DNA of 64,000 nucleotides from Octopus sinensis (Eukaryota): positions 127,100,001 to 127,164,000 of the forward strand of contig NC_042999.1 of assembly GCF_006345805.1 (NCBI RefSeq), written 5' to 3'. Both the position numbers and the translations under genes were made by a program. Below the pieces are notes generated by a model. That model was not told the origin of the DNA. It saw only the letters and a program-made list of their open reading frames with translations, and made no database searches. Positions within the stretch are counted from its first letter, which is position 1. Each line of letters begins with the position of its first letter. Positions 1 to 13,964 of this stretch are shown here, one piece after another.

Positions 1-329
1 AAGAGCATTGTGACCAGCGATGAGTAGCAGCATCTGATAGCCTGGTCGGTCACGGTGATAACAAACCATTAGTACCAAGTGTTAAGGTATGAGCAGAATT
101 TAGGTTAGTTAAAATATGTTTGTTGCATACTTCAAAACTGCTAAAAGGCAAATACACTGCGGTTACCATGGAGATAGTAAAAGATGTGAAAACACCCAGT
201 AAATTGTCATCCTTTTATAGTTTTAATTTTGCACATGCGCATTGTTTGTTATTGATTTTGTCAACTACACAGTGCAGTTGGGCACTGTCTGTGAGTAAAA
301 CAGCACCATGATACAATTCACTCTGCCAG

Positions 330-1015
330 AAATTTGGAAATGACATGCTGTACTGCTTGGCATTTACACTAGAAACTCCAATACAAACGTTTCAAAGTGC
401 CGAGTGTCAATCTCAGAACATGTACCACAAGGGATAAAAATCAAACAGCCAGTCAATATCATAGTGTTTGGAATGATGGTGACATCTTCTTACATGGCCT
501 CACACTCAACATGGAAGCCTACATCAAGTGCCTGGAGGAGGCAGTACTGCTCTTCATCAAGAGGATAGCTACTGGACAACCCTATGTCTAACAACAGGAC
601 TCTACACCATGCTGCACAAGCAGGAGAACCCAGTCATGGCTGTCAGACAATTTCTGTGACTACACCACCCCTGACATCTGGCCACCTGACTCCACAGACT
701 GCAACCCCCTTGATTATTATGTGTGGGGCACAGTTGAGTGAGAGACCAACAAAACTCTTAGTAACACCAAAGATGAACTGAAGGCAAGGATTATGGCAGC
801 ATTCACCAACTCAAAAAAGGGGACCATCCAGAAGAATTGCAGGAGATTCCAAAGTCATCTGGAGGTCGTGTTTGAAGCCAATGGCAATTTTATTGAATAA
901 ATTTACTCTTTAGTATTTCAAGATAATTTTATGTAATTTTGGTAAATATATCTGAGATGTCATTGTTATTTTCCTTTTTGCATAAATTTAGACGACAGTT
1001 TTTTACTCCACCATG
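330..1015 (+). mobile_element. Decayed maT/DD37D-type Tc1/mariner transposon, 3' part
   Basis: Broken frames read YV*QQDSTP...WLSDNFCDYTTPDIWPPDSTDCNPLDYYVWGTVE (QQD...WPPxSPDxNPLD motif). It ends in a TIR-like segment ...ctccaccatg followed by TA in a microsatellite. Confidence 0.75.
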
Positions 1016-1550
<535 letters not shown>

Positions 1551-2337
1551 GAGGCATGTTTTAGTTTTAGTTTCCATCTACAAAATCTGTTCACAAGGCT
1601 TTGGTAGACTTAGGGCTGTAGTAGAAGACATGCAGTGGAACTGAACCTGAAATCACTAGGTTGGAAAGTGCAAAAAACATTCAGTGATAATAATAACATG
1701 ATGATAGGGAGAGAATTCTATTCCATCACATGAACATTTCTCAATGCTGCTATTAGTAACTATAATAAAACTAAAACCATTCCATTCAGTCCCTCTGGCA
1801 TGAAGAGATACCACAGAAATCTCTTGTTTCTCATTTAACTAGAAATAGAATGAATAAAACAATATTAAAAGGGAGAGAGAATGGACTGATGTCAGAGTCA
1901 AACAAACATGACTAAAGGTTAGACTTTGTACAATACCAAGAAAGGGTCCTGGCTCAAGGGAATATATGAAATGACTATGTCTTTGAGTGAATTATAGAAA
2001 TTCTGCATCATTGACCTTCCCTTTCTTTGTGTTGACTTTACTGTTGTGAGTGTGTATATGTGTTCTGAAGAAGCGAAAGAATTATGTACACACAGCTAAT
2101 TAGTGTTGTTGTAAATGTAAGAAAGAAACCACTTGATTTCAGTCATAAATTGAAACTTGAAAACTTAGAAATACTAATATAACTAACTGGCACTCCATCA
2201 GTTACGATGACAAGGGTTCCAGCTGATCCAATCAACAGAAAAGCCTGCTCGTGAAATTAATGTGCATATTTTGGAAAAAAAAAATCTTTGTGGCATTAGG
2301 AAATATGTAGAACATTGTGATATCAGTGAGTGAAATA

Positions 2338-2660
2338 AGCACTTTATTGGTTATGATGATGAGGTTTCCAGTTGATCTAGTCAACAGAACAGCCTCTCAT
2401 GAAATGAACGTGCAAGTGGCAGACCACTTCACAGACATTTGTACCCTTAACGTAGTTCTCAGGGAGATTCAGTATGACACAGAGTGTGACATGGCTGGCC
2501 CTTTGAAATACAGGTACCACTCATTTTTGCCAGCTGAGTGGACTGGAGAAACGTGAAAATAAAGTGTCTTACTCAAGGACATAGCGCATCACTGAGAATT
2601 GAACTCATGACCTTAGGATCATGAGCTGAATACCCTAACTACTAAGCCACGTGCCTTCAC
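2338..2660 (-). mobile_element. tRNA-derived SINE, family A
   Basis: Reverse complement starts aaggcacgtggcttagtagttaggg...gagttcaattc (A/B boxes), then gtccttgagtaagacacttt. Similar copies at 44713-45033(-) and 51437-51706(-); tail fragment at 2188-2266. Confidence 0.8.
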
Positions 2661-2999
2661 ATATATCAAGTGGAGATTTAAATGGAAAGCTCAGAACAGA
2701 AGTTAGTGAGAAGGCATGAGAAAGAAAGGATGGATGGTACAGACTGACAGAATGAGTGAAAGACAGATACATAGACAGAGAGACAGAGACACAGAAAAAG
2801 AAGGAGAGAGGGAGAGAGAGAGAGAGAGTGAAAGAGAGAAAGTAGAGAAAAAGTGGTAGAGAATAGGAGAAATTTAACAAAATTTTTTATTACTAGAAAG
2901 TTGAATACTGCGAAATGCATGGTACTGTAAGACCTCAAATAGCTCTGATCTAAAACTCTCACATCAAGAATTTCTATAATAATGGTTTTCCTTAATATT

Positions 3000-3216
3000 A
3001 GTTTCAAATTTTTGGCACAAGGCCAGCAATTTGGGGGGAAGGAATAAGTCGACTACACCAACCCCCAGAACTCAACCGGTATTTATTTTATTAACCCTGA
3101 AAAAATGAAGGAAAAGTCACCCTTGGTGGAATTTGAACTCAGAACACAAAGATGGACGAAATGCTGCTAAGTATTTTGCCTGGCATGCTAACAATTCATG
3201 CCAGCTTGCCACTTTA
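3000..3216 (-). mobile_element. tRNA-derived SINE, family C (Nin-domain-like core)
   Basis: Matches 43055-43287 and 14730-14940 (gaatttgaactcagaac, aaagtcaac/ttcatc core). Confidence 0.75.
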
Positions 3217-3244
3217 ATGGTTTTCTCAAATACTAATAATAGCA

Positions 3245-3430
3245 AAATCATTAGCATACCAGGCAAAATGCTTAGCAGTATTTCATCTGTCTTTGCATTC
3301 TGAGTTCAAATTCCTCCAAGGTTGACTTTGCCTTTCATCATTTCAGAGTCAATAAAACAAGTACCAACTGAGCACATTGGGGTCGATGTAACCAACGAAA
3401 TTGCTGGCCTTGTGCCAAAACTTGAAAGCT
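3245..3430 (+). mobile_element. SINE family C copy, inverted relative to 3000-3216
   Basis: ttctgagttcaaattcc...gactttgcctttcatc...gtaccaact...ggggtcgatgta. Confidence 0.75.
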
Positions 3431-3873
3431 ACATTATTGTCCAACCAAAGCTACTATCAAATTAGAGCAATCTCCACTGATTTGTCAATCCACCAACTAA
3501 AGATACCATTGTCATTATCATTGATCAATATCCATTTTTTTGTGTTTGCATGGGTCAGAGGAAATTCACCGTGGCAGGTTTTCTGTAATACCAGATGCCT
3601 TCTCCTGTTGCTTCACCTGTTTCTGAGCAATGTAACATTTCTCCATGGCCAGACATATTTTTGTAGGAGATTGTAAATAAGGGAACTGCTTGTATGTAGG
3701 AGACACTTGTTTACAATAATTGCCTACTATGAAGACAAGGGGACACAAACACAAACACTTCAGCCTCCACATATATATGTATATATATATACAGTAATAC
3801 ACACACACACATGCACACACACACACATGCACACACACACACATACACACACACACACATGCATACACACAGT

Positions 3874-4100
3874 GGAGGCACATGGCTCAGTGGTTAGAGT
3901 GTTGGACACATGATCATAAGATTGTGGTTTCAATTCCTGGACCAGGTGATACATTGTGTTCTTGAGCAAGACATTTCATTTCATGTTGCTTCAGTCCACT
4001 CAGCTGTAATGGAATGGTATCCCATCCAGATAGGGAATATATATGCCATGGATGCCAGGAAACTAGCCCTTATGAATTGGGATGACTCAAGAAGGTAACT
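3874..4100 (+). mobile_element. tRNA-derived SINE, family A
   Basis: ggaggcacatggctcagtggttagag head; ttgtgttcttgagcaagacatttc; cagtccactcagctg. Confidence 0.75.
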
Positions 4101-4679
4101 TTACGTATCTTTTTGCACACACATGCACTCACACACACACACACACACATGCAGACACACGCACACACACACATACCTATGCACACACACGTATGCACAT
4201 GCACATACCACACACACACATGTATAAATATGGCAGGCTTCTCTCAGTTTCTGCCTACCAAATCCGCTCACATGGCTTTAGTTGGCCTGGAGCTATGATA
4301 GAAGACACCTGCTGAAGGTGCCATGATGTGGAATAGAACCCCAAAATCACAAGAATAGGAAGTAACTTTTTAACAATGATTCGTCAATCCATCAACCAAA
4401 GATGCCAGATATAAGCAAAATATTGGAAGTTAGGCTATACTCAGAGACACACAAAAAAAAAATACAGAAGAATGTTCAACTCAAAAGGAGGTGCTCCAGT
4501 ATGGCCTTAGCTATGGTGGCTAAAACAAATTAAAAAAGTGAAGAATTCTATATGGTGCTGAAGTTCAGTGAAGTTGGTGTTAAAAGTGATGAATGGTGTT
4601 TGAGAATGAACAAAAGAGGTGAAGTAAGAAACTGTTTAGTAATTCTGAAAAATTGTTTTAACACTAAAGATACTCAGTG

Positions 4680-4776
4680 TTTCTCTCTCTTTCTCTTTCT
4701 CTTTCTCTTTCTCTCTCTTTCTTTCTCTTTCTCTCTCTCTCTCTCTCTCTCAATCCCTCACACACACACACACACA

Positions 4777-4814
<38 letters not shown>

Positions 4815-5110
4815 TACACATATACACAAATCTACTCACGAATATGTACAGCTCAGACTCTCAATATGAGTGTTCTAAGGATAATGTTCATTTGAAAATA
4901 CCACTGCCGCTGCCGCTGCCGCCACCACCACCACCACTACAAGAACCGCCACCACCGCCATAGGCACCCTCCCCCACAGGCACCACTGCCACTATCAATA
5001 CCACTACCACCACCACCACCACCACCACTACCACAGGCACTGCCACCACTACCACCACACTGCCACCACCACTACCACCACCACAGGCACCATCATCATC
5101 ACCAGCATTG
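4680..5110. repeat. (TC)n, (CA)n and (CCA/CCG)n simple repeats
   Basis: Directly visible; the source of the Gly/Val-rich ORF 4888-5175. Confidence 0.9.
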
Positions 5111-5311
5111 CCAACTATATGATATATCACTATTGAAAAATCTAATATTATTACTTCTGCTTGACTTTCTTCCATTTCTTGTCAAACTACCAATCACACG
5201 TTGATATTTTGTCAATGCCAATGTTAATTTTTGTCATCATTAATGTTAGAGAAAAATTATTCCTATTACGGGTAAGGGGCCAGAAATTTGATGGGAAGAG
5301 TAATAGTTTAA

Positions 5312-5539
5312 ACCGTTTAGAATTTAATCTGACCATATCTGGCCAAAATATTCTACCTATTTTATGTTCAAACTGACCAGATCCAGACTTTCACACCTAT
5401 CATATAATGCCATATTAAAAATAAGTAATCACATCATAGAAATCTTGAAGCTATGAAATAATTAATTCAAAACATTATTAATTCAAACAAAGTGACTTAA
5501 TAAGCATTATATTTGACAGATTATCTGTATGTTAAAGGG
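5312..5539. mobile_element. piggyBac-like MITE inserted in a SINE
   Basis: TTAA at 5308-5311 and 5540-5543; ends ccgtttagaatt.../...tatgttaaaggg resemble CCCTTTAGCA...TGCTAAAGGG TIRs. Confidence 0.6.
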
Positions 5540-5600
5540 TTAAATTAAACCCCAGTATGTGACTGGTGCTTTATTTTATTGATCTCACAGGGATAAAAGT

Positions 5601-5903
5601 GAAGGCACATGGCCTAGTGGTTAGAGGGGTGGATTTACGGTCGAGGAATTGTAGGTTTGAATCTCAGACAGGGTGTTTGTATGTGTTTATGAGTGAAATA
5701 CCTAAGCTCCATGCAGTTTTGGCAGAAGGTAATGGCAAACTTCTGCTGACTCTTTCGACACAACTTTCTCTCACTCTTTTCTCCTAAATCTAGCAGCTCA
5801 CCTGTGACAGAATGGTGTCCCATCGAGGTGGGGAACCTAAATGCCAATGAAACCAGGAAACCAACTCTTATGAGTCAGGCATGGCTTGAGAAGGAACAAA
5901 CAA
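5601..5903 (+). mobile_element. tRNA-derived SINE (family A-related variant)
   Basis: Near-colinear with 39317-39618 (ggcacatggcctagtggttagag...gcagaaggtaatgg...gaaggaacaaa). Confidence 0.8.
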
Positions 5904-6041
5904 CACAGGGGAAAAAGGTAAAGTTGGCCCTGGCAGGATCTGAATTCAGAATGAAAAGAGCTGAATAAATAGCAAGAGGTATTTTGTTCAATCCCCTAAC
6001 AATTCTGTAAACCCACTGCCCTGATAAAATTTAAGGATAAT

Positions 6042-6454
6042 CATGTGTGTATAAATATAAACAAACTTACATTTGTTTTTATTAGAAGCATTGAAATGTG
6101 TATTGTATGATACAAACAAGAATATGATATTTTTCAAACGCATTATTGCTGTACCCTTACAAGGTGAAAGAAGTTGTCAACAAACAGCCATGGGACTTGA
6201 ACCCACATCCCCCAAGACTCTGGCTGAATGCTTTACCATTAAGCTAAACTGCTCACTGACAATTTCATCCACCGATTTAGATGCTAAATAGCTTATTGAA
6301 CAACCATGTGTGAATAAATATAAACAAACTTATATTTGTTATATATATTAGAAGTATTGAAATGTATATGGAAATGCACTCAGCCAGTGTCTTAGGGATG
6401 TGGGTTCAAATCCCATGGCTGTTTGTTGACAACTTTTTCTGCCTTGTAAGGGTA
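6042..6454 (-). mobile_element. Non-autonomous element carrying a tRNA-Thr-like sequence, with direct and inverted duplications
   Basis: Direct repeat 6042-6105/6305-6368 (period about 263); inverted arms 6152-6231/6376-6454; tRNA A/B boxes on the minus strand at about 6183-6255; homologous to 41041-41320. Confidence 0.7.
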
Positions 6455-7928
6455 ATTTACCCATTATTTCTGCTGTTTTAAGGATAATATCCGGGTATAA
6501 ATGGTCTTAAGGTATTTTAATATCATTTTGTTTGTTTACTTGATACCCTAATGTCATGAAGAAGCAAAGTATTGTGTTACATATCTGGAAAACATTGTTG
6601 TCTATAATGGCGGTATTGTTGTCATTGTTGTTCTTTAATTCCAGGTCAAGCATACAAGCAGTGAACATCCTGTCCTTTTAAGTTTACACTATCTTATGGT
6701 TCCTTTCCTTATTCATGATAACACGATGTGATTTGAAAGAGCTTCGACTGTTCTACTGATATTTGTAGTATGTTGAGTGACTGCATAGAGGTGGCCTTGG
6801 CTCATTGGATATTGGGCTTCTTTATAGACTCACTACACCAGAGGTAAAACAAATAGGAAAGTAAGGGCAGTTGCTTTTGGTACAGTTTCCTCAGAGGCAG
6901 CTATCCTATGCACAAGTGTAACCTCTCATCCCTACTAATTAAAATACGAACCTTCTAGAGCAGGCATTGGTACACTTTTTCAAGAAATGGGCCACATGAG
7001 ACTCGGTTCATCATCAGGCGGCCACACTACTAAAAAATTTCAAGTTAATTTTTCTTTGGTATGCTGTTCAGAAAGTCCCTTGGTCGATAGTTTGCTTATG
7101 GCTGTTGTAGAGTATCTCTGCCTTTCAGGTACCGAGAATCTTTGCTATGTGACTGCAGGACATAGAGATAATCTTGCTGGTTTACTGCATAGAAACTCTC
7201 TCCCTATGACACATCCTATAATGTAGTTTGAAGAGGGAACCCACTTTTTGCACTGAGAAGAAAGACTAAGGGCACATTTGAAGTAAAGTGGCTGGGAAAT
7301 GGATTCATATCTACATATTTCCATGTTTTGCTTAAAGAAGTTAACACATTTCTGTAGCATTGCCTTTCAAGTTTGAGTTCGAATCACAATAACAAGCTTA
7401 GCTGTTATATCACCACTACAACCACTACTATCACACATTATATCCATCATCCTACCAAACACCACTAACATTATTATTATCATCATTGCTGATACCCTTA
7501 TCATGAGCACCATCATCATTATCATCATCATCATTGTTGTGATTCTTATCATAATGAAACTAAAACCAGAGACTTTAAATAGAAGATCTGTGTTATACTT
7601 TCTACCCAACTTCATAGATGACATTGCAATCATGAAATCATGAATGTATGTACAATATTACACTGTTTCACATATGTAAAGTACTTTACCACTTTCTGAA
7701 CAGAAACCAAATGAAACTAGTATTTCATTTGACATCCATGCACTGATGACTCATATGCAATCTTCCTTTTCCGCATATCTTTCTCTGTATACTCAAGTTA
7801 TTTTATGTAGTCATCATCATCATCATCGTTTAGTGTCCGTTTTCCATGCTAGCATGTAGTTTCAGTAAATAGTAAATAGCAAAATCAATTTAAAACAACA
7901 ACTAAAAATAGTATGTTTTTTTACTAAA

Positions 7929-8312
7929 AGGTGCAGGTATGGCTGAGTGGTTAAGAAGCTTGTTTCTGGACAATGTGACCATGGGTTCAGTTCCACTGCA
8001 TGGCACCTTAGGCAAATGCCTTCTGATTAAAACTTTGTGAGTGGATTTGATAAATGGAAACTGAAAGAAGCCTATTGTGTGTGTGTGTGTATGTGTGTGT
8101 CTTTGTGTTTATGTTTGTTGTCTTCTCACCACCACTTGACAACCAGTGTTGGTTTGTTTACATCCCTATAACTTAGGCAGTTTTGCAAAAGAGACTGATA
8201 AAATAAGTATTAGGCTTAAAAATAAGTACTGGAGTCAATTTATTTGACTAAAACCCTTCAAGGAAGTGCCCCAGCATGGCCACAGTCTAGTGACTGAAAC
8301 AAGGAAAAGAGA
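7929..8312 (+). mobile_element. tRNA-derived CORE-like SINE, family B
   Basis: ggtgcaggtatggctgagtggttaag head; cactgcatggcaccttaggcaa core; internal (TG)n; ccagcatggccacagtc...gactgaaacaag tail; same family as 32776-33180. Confidence 0.8.
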
Positions 8313-8589
8313 AATGTTAACATTGATTTCTTTTGTTTAGACACAAAGTTGATTCTTGTCAGGAAATGTAAGGGACTGAATACAGTTAAGTATATTACTT
8401 ATTTTATGTTTGATAAAAAGAAAAAAGAAGAAAAAGAAAAAAGAAGAAAAAGAACAAATGCAAGACAAAATTAACCCTTGCAGGATTTGAACTCAGGAAA
8501 CAGAGGGACAAGTAAAAATACTATTGGACTATTCACAGCATTTAATACATCAACTCACTGCATTTGTTGTCAGCTCAGAAGTTAGTATG

Positions 8590-8883
8590 GCTCAGATGGA
8601 AGTCATCATCAACATCAAGGCCGAGTTGGTAGCCAAGTTCAAGGAGGCGATCAATGACCTTCCCTGAGACAATATAAGGAATGCATGTACCAGATTCTAA
8701 AGCCATCTTGAGGCCATGGTGGAAGCTGAGGGCAGCTACTATGAGTAAACTGTTATCTCCTAGCCATAAGCTAGTGGATATTTTTTCATCTCTTAAAATA
8801 CTTCTTTTTTTATATTTGGGATGTGATATTGTGCTTTTATTTCTTTCTATGCAAACTGTCAAATTAAATCTGAACAACCTGTA
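8590..8883 (+). mobile_element. maT/DD37D-type transposon, C-terminal remnant and right end
   Basis: Reads KAELVAKFKEAINDLP*DNIRNACTRF*SHLEAMVEAEGSYYE*, similar to the C-terminus at 770-900; ends ...caacctg-TA. Confidence 0.55.
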
Positions 8884-10589
8884 TTTTATGGATGACTAGA
8901 TAAAAAGGTAGTGTCAAGCCAGGGCAGGATTTGAAATCAGAAAAAATTCATCAAAATTTATTATATAATTCTGTGATTTTGTTAATTGTCATGGAGTCAT
9001 TGAGAAAAAAAGAAAGCTTTTTTTACAAAGAGAAATGGTGTGCATTTAGACACAGATCACAACTGATATTAGAAATTTTTGTTTAACTTGTATTTATTTC
9101 ATCTGAAAAGAGAGAAAATTTCTAGGTATTCAACTCAGTGACTGCTGCTCAAATGTGTGTGTGTGAATGCACACATGTGTATGCACATATGACTTTATAA
9201 ATTTGCTGTGTGATTAAAAGCCTGGACTCTGCACTGTAAATCAATAAATATACAAGTTAAAACTTGTATATTTATTGATGTAATACATGCATTCAGTGTG
9301 TGCGAATGTGTGTATTATGAAACCTGACACTAAACAAAGAACCTAACTTGGTGATACACTGTTTTAACAAGTGGATAAATCTATACCTTATAAACACATC
9401 ATACATTCACTTTCACACATATACAAACAGCTTCTACTCCATGCGGCTGTCACTTAAAAATGCATATTGTTTTAACCCAGCTCTCACCTCCTCGTGTCTT
9501 GGGCTACCACACCTCCTCCTCCTCCTCCACCACCACCACCATTCTTCTCCCCTCCACTCTCTCTGTAACAATCTGTTTTGGCTCTTTGCTTTCAGATTGT
9601 CAACTTATTGCTATCTTTGAATTGATAATTTAATCGCTTCATTTGACATTTTGTTTTCCTCACATCATCCCTTCTCCGCTTAAAGAGAACTTCCTGCAGT
9701 CATTTTCCAGAGATACGTGCATGCATGAAGCTTAGGGCATGTGTAAACCTAATGAAAGAAGCCTTTTCTTAATCCATCTTTCGTCATCATCGCCAAGTCA
9801 CCAACCGCCCCCTCTGCTATTATCCACACAACATAAACGAATAAATAATATATAAATGGTAGCTGTTAGCCATATTAAACTTTTGGAGTTTATCTTTGTT
9901 GTTATTTTTTAACAATTAGATCTGGCCAAGCAGATTTACAATCAAAGATATTCTAATCATGACCATCCTATTTTATTTATAGATATGAGTGAGTTTATCT
10001 AAAACTACATTATGAAATGTGTCCATCTATTTTAAAGTTGGAAATTGTGATTTGAGGAATAGAAAATTTGACTGCTGTTTTCAGTAGATTGAGCTACTGT
10101 ATAAAGACTGGCTCACTGGTTCATTTGTTATCATTGTTAAGCATTTTTAGAGAAAATATGTTGGGAAATGAAATATTGTTTAATTTCCCAATGGTGAAGT
10201 AACAATTATCAAGTAAGTAACATTTTGACTTCGCAGCTGACATGATTATTCTCAATTGTATTATTGTTGATAGTGTTCTGTGCCTGGAATAAGACTTTGG
10301 AATTGCTTCTTTGACTGAGGCACTCATTTACGACTAACACATGAAGTCATGACATGGAGATACAAAATATACACACACTCACACACAAATACATACTTAT
10401 ATACATACATACATGCATACGTACATACATACATACATACATACATGTCACACATATGATTAGCAGCTGTCCATAAATGTCATTGAGGTACTACCTCTCT
10501 ATGCAATAATATTACATTGTTGAAAAACAATATGCAATGACATTAAAAAAAAAAGAATACATATATAGTGTCCCCCTGTTATTGAATAT

Positions 10590-10870
10590 GTACACAGACA
10601 TCAACACAAGGAATACTGGTGGAGCATTCCCATCAAAACATCTGTGAATTGTAAACAAAACAGCCCAGATATTATTGTCTGGGATAGACAAGAAAAAGTA
10701 TGTACCATCATAGAGGTCAGCTTTCCTTCTGATGTGAATGTCTCATTGGTAATCAAAGAGAGATAACTGCTTTAAAAACTTCAGCTTCTTTATCCAAATT
10801 ATAAATTCACATTAATGCCAATAATTGGTGCTGTTGGTTTTGTGAGTAAAATGCTTCAGTGACAATATGG
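10590..10870 (+). mobile_element. RLE-type (R4/Dong-like) non-LTR retrotransposon, endonuclease remnant
   Basis: Reads EYWWSIPIKTSVNCKQNSPDIIVWDRQEKVCTIIEVSFPSDVNVS (PD...E restriction-like motif). Confidence 0.65.
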
Positions 10871-13800
10871 ATAAGCTAGTTGTCCTAAAATATCACTTCA
10901 CAAACCCTTTCGATCTTATTGACATAATCCAGAAACAAGCCAAGGCAAGATATCCAGTGCCAGGAATGTGGGAGCACCATGTTCTCAAGTACAAGCAAAA
11001 GATTCCCAAAATGTTCAGTGCCATTCCCCGCATATCTGGTTTTATATCAGAGTCACCTTCTCTTGGAGACATGCTTTAACAAAAGCTGAGCACTGCTTCA
11101 CTCCTAGTGGTCTTCCAGCATGCTAGACACCAGCCAGAATTTCTGTGACCCCATGCTATTGTTAGAATGTCGTTTAGCCTATACTAAGTTCATCTGACCT
11201 TTTGACAGGTCTCGTTTTTAGTCCTACTGGGTTTCTAGCAACCCTCCTCACCAAGCAAGCCTAGTGGGATGCCGGTTTAGTTACTGACGACCTGACCATG
11301 TGACAGGTTGTACTAGATTCCATATTGCCAGAAGCACTCATGAGAGACCTCACACGTGACCTGACTATACATACATACATACATACATACATACATACAT
11401 ACATACATACATACATACATACATGCATACATCATTCTCTATATCTGACTTAAATGTAGATGTACATAGAGAAAGCCACAAAACTGTTGTACTTTTCTTG
11501 TGAAAACTACTCATGACAATGAGAACTATAAAAGTGTATCAGTAGTAGATAAAAAAAATACAGCTAAGTAGTACTAAAGTGCATTAGTAGTAGATGTAAA
11601 GTGTCCAGCAGCAGTGGTGGAATCACTAAATCATGATTTTTGTCTTTGCATGGCATCAGTAGCAAGTATCTGCTATCAACCACATGCTTAGATGAATTTA
11701 GCCTTTATTGATAAACATTGACTAAATAATCACCAGAGTTGCAAACAGTTGGTGGACTGGATAAAAATTTGTCATTAACAACAGGAGCAGTATTGTTTCA
11801 GAATAGGGTTCTGTGTATCTTACTTGACATGGATATATTGTAGAAAGCAGAGAACTGCAGTTTTTGTCTCAAGAAAGCATCTCATATTGACATATAATGC
11901 AAAAAAGCATAGAAGTGTATCTGCAGCAGATAAAAAGTGCCCAGCAGTAGTGATGGAATTACTAAATCATGATTTCTGTATCTTTGCACATAGTCTTCTT
12001 TCAATTAACATCTACCAAAGGCTTTGGTTGGTCCAAGGCTATTATAGAAGACACTTGCCCAAGGTGCCATACAGTGAGACTACCCAAGACCATGTGCTTG
12101 GGAAGCAAACTCCTCTTTAAACACAGCCAGGCCTGCACCTATGTGTATATTTATATATATCAAAAAATTACTATTTAGAATTAGATAGTTGACAGTTAAC
12201 CAATGCTTAGACCTCCCAGTCGAGCATTAAGCTTAATATTGTCATCTGATTTTCTTTTGGTATTAAACGCATTTGAATAATTTACAGTGTACTTCTGAGA
12301 GCAGACTAAACCAGGAGATCCAGTTAGACTCTTTACTATAAATTACATAATTTTTACACTAGTGTATATTAGTATATTGTGTGGTAATTATTAAATGATT
12401 ACACAGTCACCTTAGAATGTTAGATCTTCAGAAGAAAATAGTAACTTAATCCATTGTTAATTACCAACCCCAGTAATGAAGCTGCAAGAACAAATTCCTT
12501 AAGGTAGCTGTAACCATATTGCATTAAACCTGGGGCAGGTATGCATTTGTATCAAACCTTGTTTTCTTGTGTCTCTGTCCTTCATCATGTCATATATGAT
12601 TCTAATTTTGATCAAAGGTTTTCTTGGTTTATCTTTGTTAGGATAACTTTCATTACATCTTATAAGATTACATCAAAACAATCATCTTTTCTCTGCATAG
12701 CTCAATATTTTCATCGCCCAGTGGATTTCTCAACACCTCTACAATAAAACCTTTTTTAATACAAGCTATTGAGTGAGCCTCTACAAATCACTTGATTGGT
12801 TAGAAAGAGCAGTGGAATCTCTTTCAAATTTCACTTTTCCCCTCACTTATCTGTATCCTTCATATTATTCATATTGTACCCACTCCCTCAGGCCCTGCAG
12901 TAATCATATCACTTCCAGTCTTTCTATATTGATCTCACTAGGATCAGAGAGAAGGCCTGCAAAAGTCATGTGTGCTGCCCTTTATGCCACACCAGTTGAA
13001 TAAAAAGGAAAGGGTTTGATCTAATAATGTACTTGTAAAAAAGAAAGAATTGCCACAGTTGGAACATCTTTGATCATAGATCTGCTCATTCAGAGTTTGC
13101 CTTGAACTAAACACCATGAACACTCTTGGGGGTTAGCACATTTTAAGCAGAGAACATATTTAACTCATTCCTTTTCTTTTGATGCAGGTCTTATGTGATC
13201 ACTAATCTGGATTCACTCCTAAATAATATAAAATTTCTTCCTTTACATGTGACATATATAATCTGACTGACTTTATACACAGAGAAATCCTACAAAACCT
13301 GTTAAACATCAAATGAATGGAATTAAGAATGCATCTAAACCAAATAATCAGCTGCTTAAACAAGCGTAGAAACTGTCAAATGTGTTTCAGTAGCTGGTTT
13401 ATTACAAAGGATAATGAATACAAAAATATTTGAAGTGGTTTTTGTTTGGTCTAAAAGTATTAAATCATCATTTATGTCCATATGTTTCATACCTAGATAA
13501 ACCAATAAAAGTTTATTTTTAGATACTTACTCTGTGTTTAGAATTATTTTCTCAATATTTGCAATCAAACTAATTCATCATCCTCATTACCATAATCACT
13601 GCCAACACCATCCTCCTCATCATCATTTAACATCCAGCTTTGGTGTTGTTACGGGCAACATCATTTGACAAGAGTTGGAGAGTTGCATTATACACCATAG
13701 CTGGATGCTCTTTAAGACCAACATTTTACAGAGTTCATAGGGTGTATTTTCCATGGCAATGGTACTAGTGATGGTAACTTCCACAGTTAAAGCCTTGAAG

Positions 13801-13931
13801 TGGCCTCTAAAACTCAAACAAACAGAAGAGAGATTGGGTAATGAACCTCAATTCAAGGGGTGAGGAAGGGCAGTAAATTTACTATATCATTGAAGTAACC
13901 ATAAAACTTTATGTGTGTGTTTGTGTGTGTA

Positions 13932-13964
<33 letters not shown>

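Noticed and set aside
2050-2095. CTGAAGA-agc-GAAA motif
   Set aside because: No stem II and no properly placed stems I or III.
6987-7360. Unique-looking ORFs and a minus-strand CTGATGA
   Set aside because: No recognisable domain, and no hammerhead second half.
10900-11360. Possible LINE 5' UTR with an HDV-like ribozyme (also 57330-57450)
   Set aside because: I could not assemble the nested double-pseudoknot by eye; left unclassified.
12200-13600. Possible host exons in the least repetitive stretch
   Set aside because: Candidate acceptors run quickly into stops; no recognisable protein.
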